Translations under genes and position numbers: made by a program
Assembly (NCBI GenBank): GCA_033811555.1
Contig: JAPXOG010000005.1
Span: 1 to 37,249, forward strand
DNA from: Minisyncoccota bacterium
GTDB lineage: Bacteria > Patescibacteriota > Minisyncoccia > Phycocordibacterales > EsbW-18
DNA: 37,249 nt
Direction: 5' to 3'
Part shown: positions 24,956 through 34,711 of the stretch, one piece after another
Numbering within the stretch: position 1 is the first letter of the stretch
How the letters are laid out: each line of letters opens with the position of its first letter
Notes under the pieces: generated by a model
The model's database searches: none
What the model was told of the DNA's origin: nothing
Seen by the model: only the letters and a program-made list of their open reading frames with translations

Positions 24956-26050
24956 ATGTCACTATCGTTAGGAATAGTTGGTCTTCCAAATGTCGGTAAA
25001 TCTACACTTTTTAATGCGCTGACTAAACAAAGCGTTCCAGCCGCAAACTACCCGTTTTGTACGATTGATCCTTCAGTTGGCATTGTTCGTGTTCCAGATC
25101 CACGACTTGAAGCTCTTTCGGATCTTTCAAAATCTGCCCAGACTATTCCAGCTGTAGTTCAGTTTGTTGACATCGCAGGGCTTGTAGCAGGTGCCTCAGT
25201 AGGGCAAGGGCTTGGTAATCAATTTCTTTCACATATACGAGAGGTAGATGCAATTACTCATGTTGTGAGGATTTTTGAAGACTCTGATATTCTGCATGTT
25301 TCTGGTTCTGTTAACCCGATGCGTGATATTGAAGTTGTTAATCTTGAGCTAGTATTGGCTGATTTACAATCGGTAACTAAACGCTTACATTCGGTTGAAA
25401 AAGAAGTTCGGGCAGGAGATAAACACGCAAAAAATGAACAGGCGGGTCTATTAAAGGTTAAGGAGGCTCTTGAAGGAGGTTCTTTTGCATCACATGCGCA
25501 ACTTACCGATGAAGAAATAGCTGAAGTGCGTAAGTTGACTCTTTTAACGATGAAGAAAATGCTATACGTTCTTAACACTAAATCTGGAGGACAGAATCTT
25601 GATGAGTTACAGGATGCTCGTTGGGAAGAGTTAATGGAATTTTTTGAAAAGATAAAAGCAGAGTATGTAGTTGTAGACGCTAACACCGAAGGAGAACTCA
25701 ATACTTTTGATGTTGAGGAACGAGACTCTATACGAAAAGAGCTTTCTGTGCGCGGAGGCATAGATGACTTGATTATTGCAGGGTATAAAATACTTGACCT
25801 CATAACGTTTCTTACAACAGGAGAAAAAGAAACACGGGCATGGACAACTCGTCGTGGTTCAACAGCGCCTCAGGCAGGGTCTTCAATTCATACTGATTTT
25901 GAACACAAATTTATTCGTGCAGAGGTAGTGTTTTGGCAAGATCTTATTGAATCAGGTTCGTATGCGCGAGCACGTGAAAAAGGATTGGTGGCAACCGTAG
26001 GTAAGGAGTATATCGTTCGCGATGGAGATGTAATTGAATTTAAGATTTAA
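24956..26050 (+). CDS. ychF: Redox-regulated ATPase YchF (Obg-like GTPase family)
   Basis: LGIVGLPNVGKSTLFNALT, YPFCTIDP, DIAGLV, and a C-terminal TGS-like domain (GDVIEFK). Confidence 0.95.
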   Translation: MSLSLGIVGLPNVGKSTLFNALTKQSVPAANYPFCTIDPSVGIVRVPDPRLEALSDLSKSAQTIPAVVQFVDIAGLVAGASVGQGLGNQFLSHIREVDAITHVVRIFEDSDILHVSGSVNPMRDIEVVNLELVLADLQSVTKRLHSVEKEVRAGDKHAKNEQAGLLKVKEALEGGSFASHAQLTDEEIAEVRKLTLLTMKKMLYVLNTKSGGQNLDELQDARWEELMEFFEKIKAEYVVVDANTEGELNTFDVEERDSIRKELSVRGGIDDLIIAGYKILDLITFLTTGEKETRAWTTRRGSTAPQAGSSIHTDFEHKFIRAEVVFWQDLIESGSYARAREKGLVATVGKEYIVRDGDVIEFKI

Positions 26051-26073
26051 GGAAAATCAGATACAATAATTTT

Positions 26074-26295
26074 ATGCTAATAGTCAAACCTAAGATAGGT
26101 AAAAGTAAAATTGAAGGCGTTGGGTTATTTGCAGATCAGTTTATTCCGAAAAGAACAGTGGTTTGGAAATTTGACCCGCGATTCGATATTTATTTTGATA
26201 CAAAAGAAGTGGAAGAAATGGCTAAAGATTATCGAGCAATTGATGCTACAGATGAGGGTGGTGATGAGGAATATTTGAATAAGGAGGTCCTATAG
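26074..26295 (+). pseudogene. SET-domain-like N-terminal fragment (73 aa), probably a truncated remnant
   Basis: SKIEGVGLFADQFIPKRTVV resembles the start of small bacterial SET-domain proteins. The ORF stops before any NHSC / post-SET-type motif and ends in an acidic tail. Confidence 0.35.
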
Positions 26296-26367
26296 AGCTT
26301 TAAACATAGAAAACGTAATAAGCAGTATGAATTATGAAAATAAACAAAATGCTTAATGAATAGTATG

Positions 26368-27228
26368 GATATTGTTCCTCAGCTTATATTGAATAGTATT
26401 ATTGCGGGAGCAATATATACAATGATTGCCCTAGGTTTCAATCTTATCTATGGAACAACAAAATTTTTTGACTTAGGTTATGGATCATTTATTGCAATAG
26501 GAGGGTATTCAGTATTATTTTTTTATAGAACCCTTGGATTTAATCTTTATATCTCGATCCCACTCGGTATCTTTATTGCGGGTCTAGTGGGGTTTGTTGT
26601 ATATCGTTTAATATATTCCACACTAAGATCTAGAAAATCTTCAAACATGGTTTTGCTTGTAGCATCTTTAGGTGTTCTAACGACTATCCAGGCGATAATA
26701 GCAATATTTTTTACAAGTCAATTCCATGTACTTTCTTTAAAAAATAGCTCTAACCCTATAAGTATTTTTGGAGGAGTTATAACACAAACTCAATTAGTCA
26801 CGTTTATTCTGGGAATTGCAGTCATGGTGCTCATAGCCACCGTTTTTCGTTGTTCGTTGTTTGGAAAAACGATAAAAGCTATAGGAGATGATGAGGAAGT
26901 CTCTAGAATAGTCGGAATCAATACTAACAATATAATTGGATGGGTTTTTTTCATTGGTTCAGCCATAGGGGGTCTCGCGGGTATTCTAATTGGATTTGAT
27001 ACTGGGGTTGAGCCGATGATGGGTCTATCGTTTCTTTTGAAAGGCATGGTTGCCTCTATAATTGGTGGAATAGGGAATGTGTACGGCAGTGTACTGGGGG
27101 CTTTCCTGCTTGCATTTATCGAAAACTTTGGGATATGGAAAATTTCCGGAGAATGGAAGGATGCTGTCGCCTTTTCAGTTCTAATCGTTTTCCTTTTATT
27201 CAGACCACAAGGGGTATTGAAAAGATAA
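26368..27228 (+). CDS. livH: Branched-chain amino acid ABC transporter permease (LivH family)
   Basis: MDIVPQLILNSIIAGAIYTMIALGFNLIYG is the canonical LivH start. Multi-TM, with GKTIKAIGDDEEVSRIVGIN. The ATG at 26368 is preferred to 26356. Confidence 0.9.
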   Translation, partial: DIVPQLILNSIIAGAIYTMIALGFNLIYGTTKFFDLGYGSFIAIGGYSVLFFYRTLGFNLYISIPLGIFIAGLVGFVVYRLIYSTLRSRKSSNMVLLVASLGVLTTIQAIIAIFFTSQFHVLSLKNSSNPISIFGGVITQTQLVTFILGIAVMVLIATVFRCSLFGKTIKAIGDDEEVSRIVGINTNNIIGWVFFIGSAIGGLAGILIGFDTGVEPMMGLSFLLKGMVASIIGGIGNVYGSVLGAFLLAFIENFGIWKISGEWKDAVAFSVLIVFLLFRPQGVLKR

Positions 27229-27229
27229 T

Positions 27230-28096
27230 ATGGAATATTTAATACATCTTCTAATATTAATTTCGATTTATGCAATTCTAGGTCTCTCCTTGGATTTGGT
27301 AGTTGGACTAACAGGACTCCTTAGTGTGACTCAAGCCGCATTTTACGGAATTGGAGCATATACTACAGCAATACTCTTAACGAATCTTAATATAAATTTC
27401 TTTTTATCTATAATTTTCGGAATGATCATAGCGGGAGTTAGTGGTCTAGTAATTGGACTTGTGCTTTCAAAATTTAAAGGGGATTATTATGCGCTGGGCT
27501 CGTTTGGATTTAATGTAATCGTTTATACAATTTTACTTAATTGGCAGTCGCTTACTGGAGGTCCTTTAGGAATTCCTGGAATTTCTCGTCCAAATTTATT
27601 TACATTTTCCTTTTCTAACAACCTCTCATTTTTGATTTTATCTATTGTTATTTTTCTGATAATTTTTGGAATCTATTATTTTATATCTAAGTCCTCTTTT
27701 GGACGAGTGCTTAGAGCTATTCGGGAAGATGAAGAAGTTATATCTGTTTTTGGTTATCATACACTTTGGTTCAAAATGTCTATTTTTGTGATTGGAGCTA
27801 TGCTTGCATCTGTTGCTGGTTCACTCTTTGCAAGTTATATAACTTTTGTCGACCCTTCATCATTCACATTAACTGAATCGATTTTTGTTCTTTCTATAAT
27901 CATTCTGGGAGGACTAGCCAATCGTAGAGGAGCAATTATTGGGGCTGTTTGCTTGGTTTTGCTCCCAGAGATTTTACGATTTGTAGGATTTCCATCTGAA
28001 ATAGCCGCTCAAATAAGACAGGCAGCGTATGGTCTTATTCTAATACTGCTTATGCTATATAGACCCCAGGGTTTGGTGGGTGAATATAAATTTTGA
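27230..28096 (+). CDS. livM: Branched-chain amino acid ABC transporter permease (LivM family)
   Basis: GLTGLLSVTQAAFYGIGAYT, GRVLRAIREDEEV, multi-TM. Starts 1 nt after livH. Confidence 0.9.
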   Translation: MEYLIHLLILISIYAILGLSLDLVVGLTGLLSVTQAAFYGIGAYTTAILLTNLNINFFLSIIFGMIIAGVSGLVIGLVLSKFKGDYYALGSFGFNVIVYTILLNWQSLTGGPLGIPGISRPNLFTFSFSNNLSFLILSIVIFLIIFGIYYFISKSSFGRVLRAIREDEEVISVFGYHTLWFKMSIFVIGAMLASVAGSLFASYITFVDPSSFTLTESIFVLSIIILGGLANRRGAIIGAVCLVLLPEILRFVGFPSEIAAQIRQAAYGLILILLMLYRPQGLVGEYKF

Positions 28097-28155
28097 ACTT
28101 TACAAATTGAGTATTTATTATAAAATAGGAATCTATTAATAGTAAAAACTTTTAT

Positions 28156-29253
28156 ATGAGAAACAAAAAAATAATCCTTGTAGGGGTTTTAATAGTTTTG
28201 GTAGTTATTGTTTTAATTACTGCGAAGAATAACAATCAGACTAATACCTCTTATAATATTGGAGCAGTAATACCTCTGACTGGTACTGCAGCATACTGGG
28301 GAGAACCAGTTCAACGTGGAATTTTATTGGCACAGGAGACCATAGACAAAAAATTTGGTAACGGAACACTTAAAATTTTAATCGAGGATGGAAAATCCGA
28401 CCCTAAAGAATCTGTATCTGCAGCCCAAAAATTATTATCGATTAATAAGGCAGATGCGATTTATGTTGAACTTTCAGGTCCTAGCTCTTCAGTAGCGCCA
28501 GTAGTAAAAAATGCAGAAAAAATTTATTACTATGGAGCTTTTAACGATAAGGTCGTATCTAATTTTGATAATGCAATAAAAGGGTTTTTATCATATACAG
28601 GTCCTTGTGAATTCTTTGGTAAATATCTAAAAAGTAGTGGTATTAGTAAGGTAGCTATACTTAATCAGTTTCCTGATACAGCACCGTCTTGTGCGGTCGC
28701 TCTTGAGAAGTATATTCCACATGAAAATATTCTATTGCTTGAAAATCTTCCAAAAGACAATGATTTTCGTAGCATACTTTTACAGATAAAAAGTTTCGGG
28801 GCAGGGGCTATCATAGGAATGACTTACGAGGGACCTTCACTTGCTTGGATAAAGCAAATGAAAGATCTAGGAATGAACTTACCAGTTTTAAGTGGGCACG
28901 ATGATGCACTTACTCAAAATATAATTGATACTATTGGTATAAATAATCTAGAAGGAAGTTTATATTTTGATGCAAGAGTCAATCCTGATTTCGTAAACTT
29001 CTATAAAGAAAAATATCCGGATAGCCCAAGTTCAGACCTTATTCCTGCCGGATATGCGTATGAAGGGATAGTTAATCTTGCAGAAGCGATAATTTCTTGT
29101 AAATCAAATGTGTCGTGTACAGTTAAATCGTTTAATAATCGAACAAGTGATGCTGGTGCAATAATTGGAGCAGGATTTAAAAACCGTGTACTCACCTCAT
29201 CGCTGGATTATTATCTGATTAAATCAGGGACCACGACCTTGTTTAATTTTTAA
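28156..29253 (+). CDS. ABC transporter substrate-binding protein (Leu/Ile/Val-binding, Peripla_BP_6-like)
   Basis: N-terminal anchor/signal, then NIGAVIPLTGTAAYWGEPVQRGILLAQETI, typical of LivJ/K-type binding proteins. Confidence 0.8.
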   Translation: MRNKKIILVGVLIVLVVIVLITAKNNNQTNTSYNIGAVIPLTGTAAYWGEPVQRGILLAQETIDKKFGNGTLKILIEDGKSDPKESVSAAQKLLSINKADAIYVELSGPSSSVAPVVKNAEKIYYYGAFNDKVVSNFDNAIKGFLSYTGPCEFFGKYLKSSGISKVAILNQFPDTAPSCAVALEKYIPHENILLLENLPKDNDFRSILLQIKSFGAGAIIGMTYEGPSLAWIKQMKDLGMNLPVLSGHDDALTQNIIDTIGINNLEGSLYFDARVNPDFVNFYKEKYPDSPSSDLIPAGYAYEGIVNLAEAIISCKSNVSCTVKSFNNRTSDAGAIIGAGFKNRVLTSSLDYYLIKSGTTTLFNF

Positions 29254-29422
29254 TAAAAGATTAGATAAAAAATATTTATAGGTTGAGAATGAACAGAGAG
29301 TGGATTATTGAGAACAAGGAGATGTTTGTTGTAGTTGGTTTGTTCTGAGCGTCGTGCATAGGTGTATTTTAGTACAGAAAATTAAAATAATGACTGTACG
29401 TAACTCTTCTAGTTGAAAATAA

Positions 29423-30172
29423 ATGGCTATTTTGTTAACAAAGGATTTAAGGAAGCATTTTGATGGATTTTACGCAGTTAATAAATTAACGATCAATTTT
29501 GAACAAGGATATATTACAGGAATCATTGGACCAAATGGATCAGGAAAATCAACTCTAGTTAATGTTCTTTCAGGGCTGATTCCTTTCGAAGGAGGGGAGG
29601 TGATTATTTCAGGAGAAACTCTGGTTAAAATTCATTCGTATCAAACACTGTCTTTTGGTATGACACGTACGTTTCAGGAGGTGAGATTATTTGAGCAGAT
29701 GTCAGTAATCGATAATATACTAGTAGTTTTAACTGATAGAAGAATTGGGAAGTCCTTTTTTGAAAAACATACTTCTTTTCATTTAGAGAAGGCGGAATCT
29801 TCGTTGAAGAAAGTGGGCCTCTGGGAAAAAAAAGATGAACTTGCTAAAAATTTATCATATGGGCAACGCAAACTGCTTGAAATAGCTCGTGTTACTGCAT
29901 TGGATCATAATGGGATTAGTGATTTAAAGATTGTGTTATTTGACGAACCATTTGCAGGGTTGTTTCCTGAAATGGTAAAAATTGTTTTGTCGGCCATACA
30001 AGAACTTAGAGAACAAGGAAAAGCTGTTGTGCTAATTGAACACAATATGGAATTGATTCGAATGTTATCAGACTATCTTTACGTTTTAGATTCAGGTGAA
30101 CTGCTAGCTGAAGGAAAACCAAAAGACGTATTGTCCAGGGCAGATGTGATAGAAGCATATCTAGGCGAATAA
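29423..30172 (+). CDS. livG: Branched-chain amino acid ABC transporter ATP-binding protein (LivG family)
   Basis: Walker A GPNGSGKST, signature LSYGQRKLLEIAR, Walker B LFDEP, C-terminal IEAYLG. Confidence 0.9.
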   Translation: MAILLTKDLRKHFDGFYAVNKLTINFEQGYITGIIGPNGSGKSTLVNVLSGLIPFEGGEVIISGETLVKIHSYQTLSFGMTRTFQEVRLFEQMSVIDNILVVLTDRRIGKSFFEKHTSFHLEKAESSLKKVGLWEKKDELAKNLSYGQRKLLEIARVTALDHNGISDLKIVLFDEPFAGLFPEMVKIVLSAIQELREQGKAVVLIEHNMELIRMLSDYLYVLDSGELLAEGKPKDVLSRADVIEAYLGE

Positions 30173-30173
30173 T

Positions 30174-30893
30174 ATGAAAGAGGCATTGTTAAAGTTAGAG
30201 GATATTCATGTACATTATGATGGAGTTATAGCGCTTGATGGAGTTTCTATCGAAGTAGAAGAAGGTGAAGTTGTCGCTCTAATGGGGCCAAATGGAGCCG
30301 GTAAATCAACTCTTCTTAAGGTTATATTTGGTCTAGCAGAATCTGACTTAGGAAGGGTTTACTTAGAAGGCCAGATAATTGTTCCTTTGTCTCATGAAGT
30401 AGTAAAACTAGGAATCTCTTTTGTACCTCAAGGTCGTCGAGTATTTCGACATCTTACTGTATTAGAAAATTTAGAAATTGGAGGATTTATATTATCAAGA
30501 GACGAGAGAAATGAGAAGATAAACGATGTTCTTGAACTATTTCCTGTCTTAAAAAACAAAATTAAAGAAAAATCTGGTACTTTATCAGGAGGTCAACAGC
30601 AAATGTTAGCCATTGCCAGAGGACTTATGACAGACCCCAAAATACTTCTGCTAGATGAACCATCGCTCGGTCTTGCCCCAAATGTAGTAAAAGAGGTTTT
30701 TAAAAAAATAAGAGAAATAAACCAGAGACGTAAAATGGCAATTGTAGTTGTAGAGCATAATATAAAATCATTGATTGAGATTTCTGACAAAATGTATGTT
30801 CTTGACAAAGGCAAGGTTGTCGCAGAAGGTGATCCTAAAAAGTTAAATTTACCAGAAATAATGGAGAAAGTATTTCTAGGTAAATTATTATAG
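30174..30893 (+). CDS. livF: Branched-chain amino acid ABC transporter ATP-binding protein (LivF family)
   Basis: Walker A GPNGAGKST, signature LSGGQQQMLAIARGL, Walker B LLLDEPS, C-terminal VFLG. Confidence 0.9.
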   Translation: MKEALLKLEDIHVHYDGVIALDGVSIEVEEGEVVALMGPNGAGKSTLLKVIFGLAESDLGRVYLEGQIIVPLSHEVVKLGISFVPQGRRVFRHLTVLENLEIGGFILSRDERNEKINDVLELFPVLKNKIKEKSGTLSGGQQQMLAIARGLMTDPKILLLDEPSLGLAPNVVKEVFKKIREINQRRKMAIVVVEHNIKSLIEISDKMYVLDKGKVVAEGDPKKLNLPEIMEKVFLGKLL

Positions 30894-30934
30894 AGTATAA
30901 AATTGTAACTAAGAGAATCTTGTAGAATTAAATT

Positions 30935-31171
30935 AAAAAAAGAAAAAGCGCCGAACTCTTCGAGCCCGGCGCACGTTTGGGTTGACCTAGTTTCGAATCT
31001 CAAGCTGACTCGATCGCATGTTTACAGTCCTGTAAACAAGTCGACGAGCACAGCACGAGACCTACTCCTGGTCCTACCCGACCGCTCCGGCGGAGCGGTC
31101 CTACAAATTATGCTACTCCTTGTGGGTGTAAAAGTCAATAGCAAGCACGGTGACCAAAAAAATAGTATACT
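30935..31171 (-). ncRNA. Candidate structured non-coding RNA, class not determined
   Basis: A GC-rich island of about 230 nt in AT-rich intergenic DNA. On the minus strand, TATAAT (31184-31179) lies upstream and a strong terminator lies at the 3' end (GCGCCGGGCTC-GAA-GAGTTCGGCGC, 30972-30948, then TTTTTCTTTTTTT). Internal hairpins include GACCGCTCC-GCC-GGAGCGGTC and GTTTAC-AGGACT-GTAAAC, the latter nested in CTCGTCG/CGATCGAG. The motif GTAGGACC is repeated. The only ORF here (31022-31219, -) looks non-coding. Confidence 0.45.
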
Positions 31172-31199
31172 TACACATATTATAAAATAACTATCACTT

Positions 31200-32135
31200 A
31201 TGGATACAACCGTGGACAAGCCAAAAACAATGCCTAAGGATTTCTTCTTATATCTAGGCGTTGCGGTTTCTCTTTATGCGTCTGCTGGGGCGCTTCTAGC
31301 ACTTTTGTTTAACATTATAAATATCGCACTTCCAGATTTATTGAACCCGTATTACTCAGCTATGTGGGCAGTGAGCGGTATGCAGTTTGCAATCTCTGTT
31401 TTGATTGTTGCGTTTCCTATTTTTATTATTTTGTCGTGGCTTATACGAAAAGATATATCTCGTGACAAAAACAAGTATCAGTTATTGGTGCGCAAGTGGT
31501 TTATTTACTTTACACTTTTTTTGGCAGGTGTGGTGCTTGCAGGAGATCTAGTAGCTCTTGTTCACACATATCTCGGCGGAGAAATAACAGCGCGGTTTAT
31601 TTGGAAAATGGTTTCCGTTTTTGCAGTAGCAAGTGCCATATTCTCATATTATTTCTATGATGTGAGACGTGCATCGTCAGGAGATACACGCGTTAACCGT
31701 ACGATAATGATTGTTGCTGTGGTTGGTGTTGTGGTGTCCATTATTGCAGGTATAGTTCTCGTGGGTTCGCCTTCAGAAATTCGATCACGTCGTTTTGACG
31801 AATCGCGCGTTAACGATTTACAAAATATTTTGTGGAGTGTTACCGATTATTATCAGCTTCACGGAAAATTACCAGAAACATTAGATGCCCTTCAGGATGA
31901 TATTGCGATGTATAAAGCTCCAGTAGACCCTGAAACACAGGAATCGTATGAGTACACAATAAAGAATGCCTCGTCGCTCACTTTTGAGGTGTGTGCGGTA
32001 TTTAGCTTGCAAAGCACTGATGAAAACAATAACAGTTTGATGTATCCAGAAATGCAAATGTTCAAACATGGAGTTGGTAGGACATGTTTTGAGCGAAGTA
32101 TTGATCCTAAGCAGTACCCTATAAAGACACAGTAA
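31200..32135 (+). CDS. Multi-pass membrane protein (DUF5671-like N-terminus) with a pilin-like extracytoplasmic C-terminal domain
   Basis: DFFLYLGVAVSLYASAGALLALLFNIIN and several further TM helices. The C-terminus, LQNILWSVTDYYQLHGKLPETLDAL...PVDPETQESYEY, resembles the type IV pilin/pseudopilin globular-domain pattern. The family assignment is from memory. Confidence 0.65.
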   Translation: MDTTVDKPKTMPKDFFLYLGVAVSLYASAGALLALLFNIINIALPDLLNPYYSAMWAVSGMQFAISVLIVAFPIFIILSWLIRKDISRDKNKYQLLVRKWFIYFTLFLAGVVLAGDLVALVHTYLGGEITARFIWKMVSVFAVASAIFSYYFYDVRRASSGDTRVNRTIMIVAVVGVVVSIIAGIVLVGSPSEIRSRRFDESRVNDLQNILWSVTDYYQLHGKLPETLDALQDDIAMYKAPVDPETQESYEYTIKNASSLTFEVCAVFSLQSTDENNNSLMYPEMQMFKHGVGRTCFERSIDPKQYPIKTQ

Positions 32136-32211
32136 CCTGTACGATAAAGCTTACTTACAGTTCGTTTGATCATAAATGGATAGATCATTTTTGTATTGCG
32201 TTTATGTGGTG

Positions 32212-32217
32212 TAATAT
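32212..32217 (+). promoter_or_regulatory. -10 box (TAATAT) 8 nt upstream of the leuS ATG
   Basis: TAATAT at 32212-32217, spacer gttctcac, ATG at 32226. Confidence 0.4.
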
Positions 32218-32225
32218 GTTCTCAC

Positions 32226-34646
32226 ATGGAAGGATATGATCACAAAGAGATAGAACAAAAGTGGCGCAATCGCTGGGAAGAGAAACAGCCGTGGCGAGCA
32301 GATGATGCGAGTGATAAGCCTAAATACTATGCACTTGTTGAGTTTCCGTATCCATCTGGAGCTGGTTTGCATGTTGGACATCCGCGACCGTATATTGCGC
32401 TTGATATAGTGTCACGTAAGCGTCGTATGGAGGGATACAATGTTCTGTACCCTATTGGTTGGGATGCTTTTGGGCTTCCAACAGAGAATTACGCTATAAA
32501 GACAGGAAAGGATCCGAAAGAGGTAACTAAAGAAAATACTGACACGTTTCGAAAGCAGATACAAATGCTCGGAATTTCTTTTGATTGGTCGCGTGAAGTA
32601 AACACTACGGATCCAGAGTATTACAAATGGACTCAATGGATTTTTGTTCAATTGTTTAAACACGGTTTAGCATATAAAGCAAAAACTTATATCAACTGGT
32701 GTCCTAAATGTAAAATAGGTTTGGCTAATGAAGAGGTAGTGGGCGGTGCGTGTGAAAGATGTGGGTTTTCTCCTATTGAGAAAAAAGAGAAAGAACAATG
32801 GATGCTTGCGATTACGAAATATGCTCAACGCCTATACGATGATCTTGATACAGTTGAGTACATAGAAGCTGCTAAGGTGGGGCAACGTAACTGGATAGGA
32901 CCGTCTCGTGGTGCAGAAATAGATTTCGTTATAAAAGAAACGGATGAAAAGATTCGTGTATTTACTACTAGACCAGACACGCTTTTTGGTGCAACTTATC
33001 TAGTTTTATCTCCAGAGCATTCTCTTGTGAAGAAGCTTGAGGCACTCATTAAAAATATAGATGAAGTGCGCGCATATCAAGCACAGGCACGCGTAAAAAC
33101 TGAGATAGAGCGTACTGATGAAACAAAAGAAAAAACAGGAGTTCTTCTTGACGGGGTGTTGGCAATTAATCCTGCTAATAAAGAAACTCTGCCTGTTTTT
33201 ATAGCTGATTATGTTCTTTCTCAATATGGGACGGGCGCCATAATGGCGGTTCCTGCACATGACGAGAGGGATTTTGATTTTGCGAAAAAGTTCAAATTAC
33301 CGATTATAGAGGTTGTATCTGGTGGAGATGGTAGTGGTTTATACACAGGAGAAGGGGAGCTGGTTAATTCAGGTGTGTATTCTGGAATGCAATCACAAGA
33401 AGCGAAGGAAAAAATAACTAAATTTGTAGGCGGAGAAATGAAAACTTCATATAAACTCCGTGATTGGGTATTTTCGCGTCAACGATATTGGGGAGAACCT
33501 ATTCCGATGATTTATTGTGAAAAGTGTGGGTGGGTTACGGTTCCTGAAGAAGAGTTGCCTGTGGTCCTACCAGAAGTTGAAAAATACGAACCCACTGAGA
33601 CAGGAGAATCTCCTCTAGCTAATGTTTCCAAATGGGTTAATACAACTTGTCCTAAGTGTGGAGGAGAAGCAAAACGAGAGACAGATGTGATGCCGAACTG
33701 GGCAGGATCTTCGTGGTATTACATCTCATATTGCATTAGTGAAAATCTTAAATCGCAGGATCCGATCTTTAAACAGATCTCAAGTTCCGAAATTCAGAAT
33801 AAATTTAGATACTGGTTACCAGTTGATTGGTATAACGGCGGTATGGAACATACAACTCTGCATCTTTTATATTCGCGCTTTTGGCATAAGTTTCTATATG
33901 ATATAGGAGTAGTTCCAACAAATGAGCCATATTCAAAACGAACAAGCCATGGTCTTATTCTTGCAGAGGATGGAAGGAAAATGAGCAAGAGCTTCGGCAA
34001 TGTAATCAACCCAGATGATATAGTTGATCGTTTTGGTGCTGATGCTATGCGAGTGTATGAAATGTTTATGGGTCCGTTTGAACAAGCAATAGCTTGGTCA
34101 ACTGATGGTCTCGTAGGAACAAGACGATTCCTGGAACGTATAGTTCGTGTATCCACTCGTGTTGCGGAAGTGCCTATGTCAGATGCAATTAGAACTGTGA
34201 TTCATTCCACAATAAAGAAAGTGGGGGAGGATATAGAATCTCTTTCTATGAACACAGCAGTCAGTCAGCTTATGATTTGCTGTAATGAATTGGAAAAAGA
34301 AACAACAGTTTCGAAAGAAGGGTTTGAGATGTTTGTGTGCTTACTTGCTCCATTCGCACCTTTTCTTGCAGAAGAACTTTGGGAGCGTTTAGGCCATAAA
34401 CACTCAGTGCATGAAGAGCCTTGGCCGAAATATGAGAAGGAAGCACTTGTCAAAAAAGAAATATATGTTATAATACAGGTTAACGGTAAGGTTAGGGGTA
34501 AGGTTCTAGGATTTCCTGGGATTAGCCAAGATGAAGTTTTTTCGTTGGTACGTAAGGATAAAAAGCTTTCAGGTTATGTTGGGGATGCACAACCTTTGAA
34601 GGTTGTTTTCGTCCCCGACCGTATACTAAGTATCGTCTTGCGCTAG
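32226..34646 (+). CDS. leuS: Leucine--tRNA ligase
   Basis: YALVEFPYPSGAGLHVGHPRPY (HIGH region), a CP1 editing domain (TTRPDTLFGATYLVLSPEH), KMSKS as RKMSKSFGN, and a Zn-type CPKC...CERCG insertion. The start at MEGYDHKEIEQKWR is preferred to the TTG at 32196. Confidence 0.95.
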   Translation: MEGYDHKEIEQKWRNRWEEKQPWRADDASDKPKYYALVEFPYPSGAGLHVGHPRPYIALDIVSRKRRMEGYNVLYPIGWDAFGLPTENYAIKTGKDPKEVTKENTDTFRKQIQMLGISFDWSREVNTTDPEYYKWTQWIFVQLFKHGLAYKAKTYINWCPKCKIGLANEEVVGGACERCGFSPIEKKEKEQWMLAITKYAQRLYDDLDTVEYIEAAKVGQRNWIGPSRGAEIDFVIKETDEKIRVFTTRPDTLFGATYLVLSPEHSLVKKLEALIKNIDEVRAYQAQARVKTEIERTDETKEKTGVLLDGVLAINPANKETLPVFIADYVLSQYGTGAIMAVPAHDERDFDFAKKFKLPIIEVVSGGDGSGLYTGEGELVNSGVYSGMQSQEAKEKITKFVGGEMKTSYKLRDWVFSRQRYWGEPIPMIYCEKCGWVTVPEEELPVVLPEVEKYEPTETGESPLANVSKWVNTTCPKCGGEAKRETDVMPNWAGSSWYYISYCISENLKSQDPIFKQISSSEIQNKFRYWLPVDWYNGGMEHTTLHLLYSRFWHKFLYDIGVVPTNEPYSKRTSHGLILAEDGRKMSKSFGNVINPDDIVDRFGADAMRVYEMFMGPFEQAIAWSTDGLVGTRRFLERIVRVSTRVAEVPMSDAIRTVIHSTIKKVGEDIESLSMNTAVSQLMICCNELEKETTVSKEGFEMFVCLLAPFAPFLAEELWERLGHKHSVHEEPWPKYEKEALVKKEIYVIIQVNGKVRGKVLGFPGISQDEVFSLVRKDKKLSGYVGDAQPLKVVFVPDRILSIVLR

Positions 34647-34711
34647 TCTTGACTACTATCTCTTATAATGATACATTCATTCTTATAATAACGATTTAAT
34701 AATACGTGGGT

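Noticed and set aside
29289-29348. A 19-codon mini-ORF (MNREWIIENKEMFVVVGLF) in the gap between the SBP gene and livG.
   Set aside because: It is too short to support without conservation or expression data. It is noted only as a possible explanation for the 169-nt intra-operon gap.
31022-31219. A 65-aa minus-strand ORF across the GC-rich intergenic island.
   Set aside because: Its start lies inside the DUF5671-like gene, it has no ribosome-binding context, and its product is Arg/Ser/Thr-rich. The region is better explained as structured RNA.
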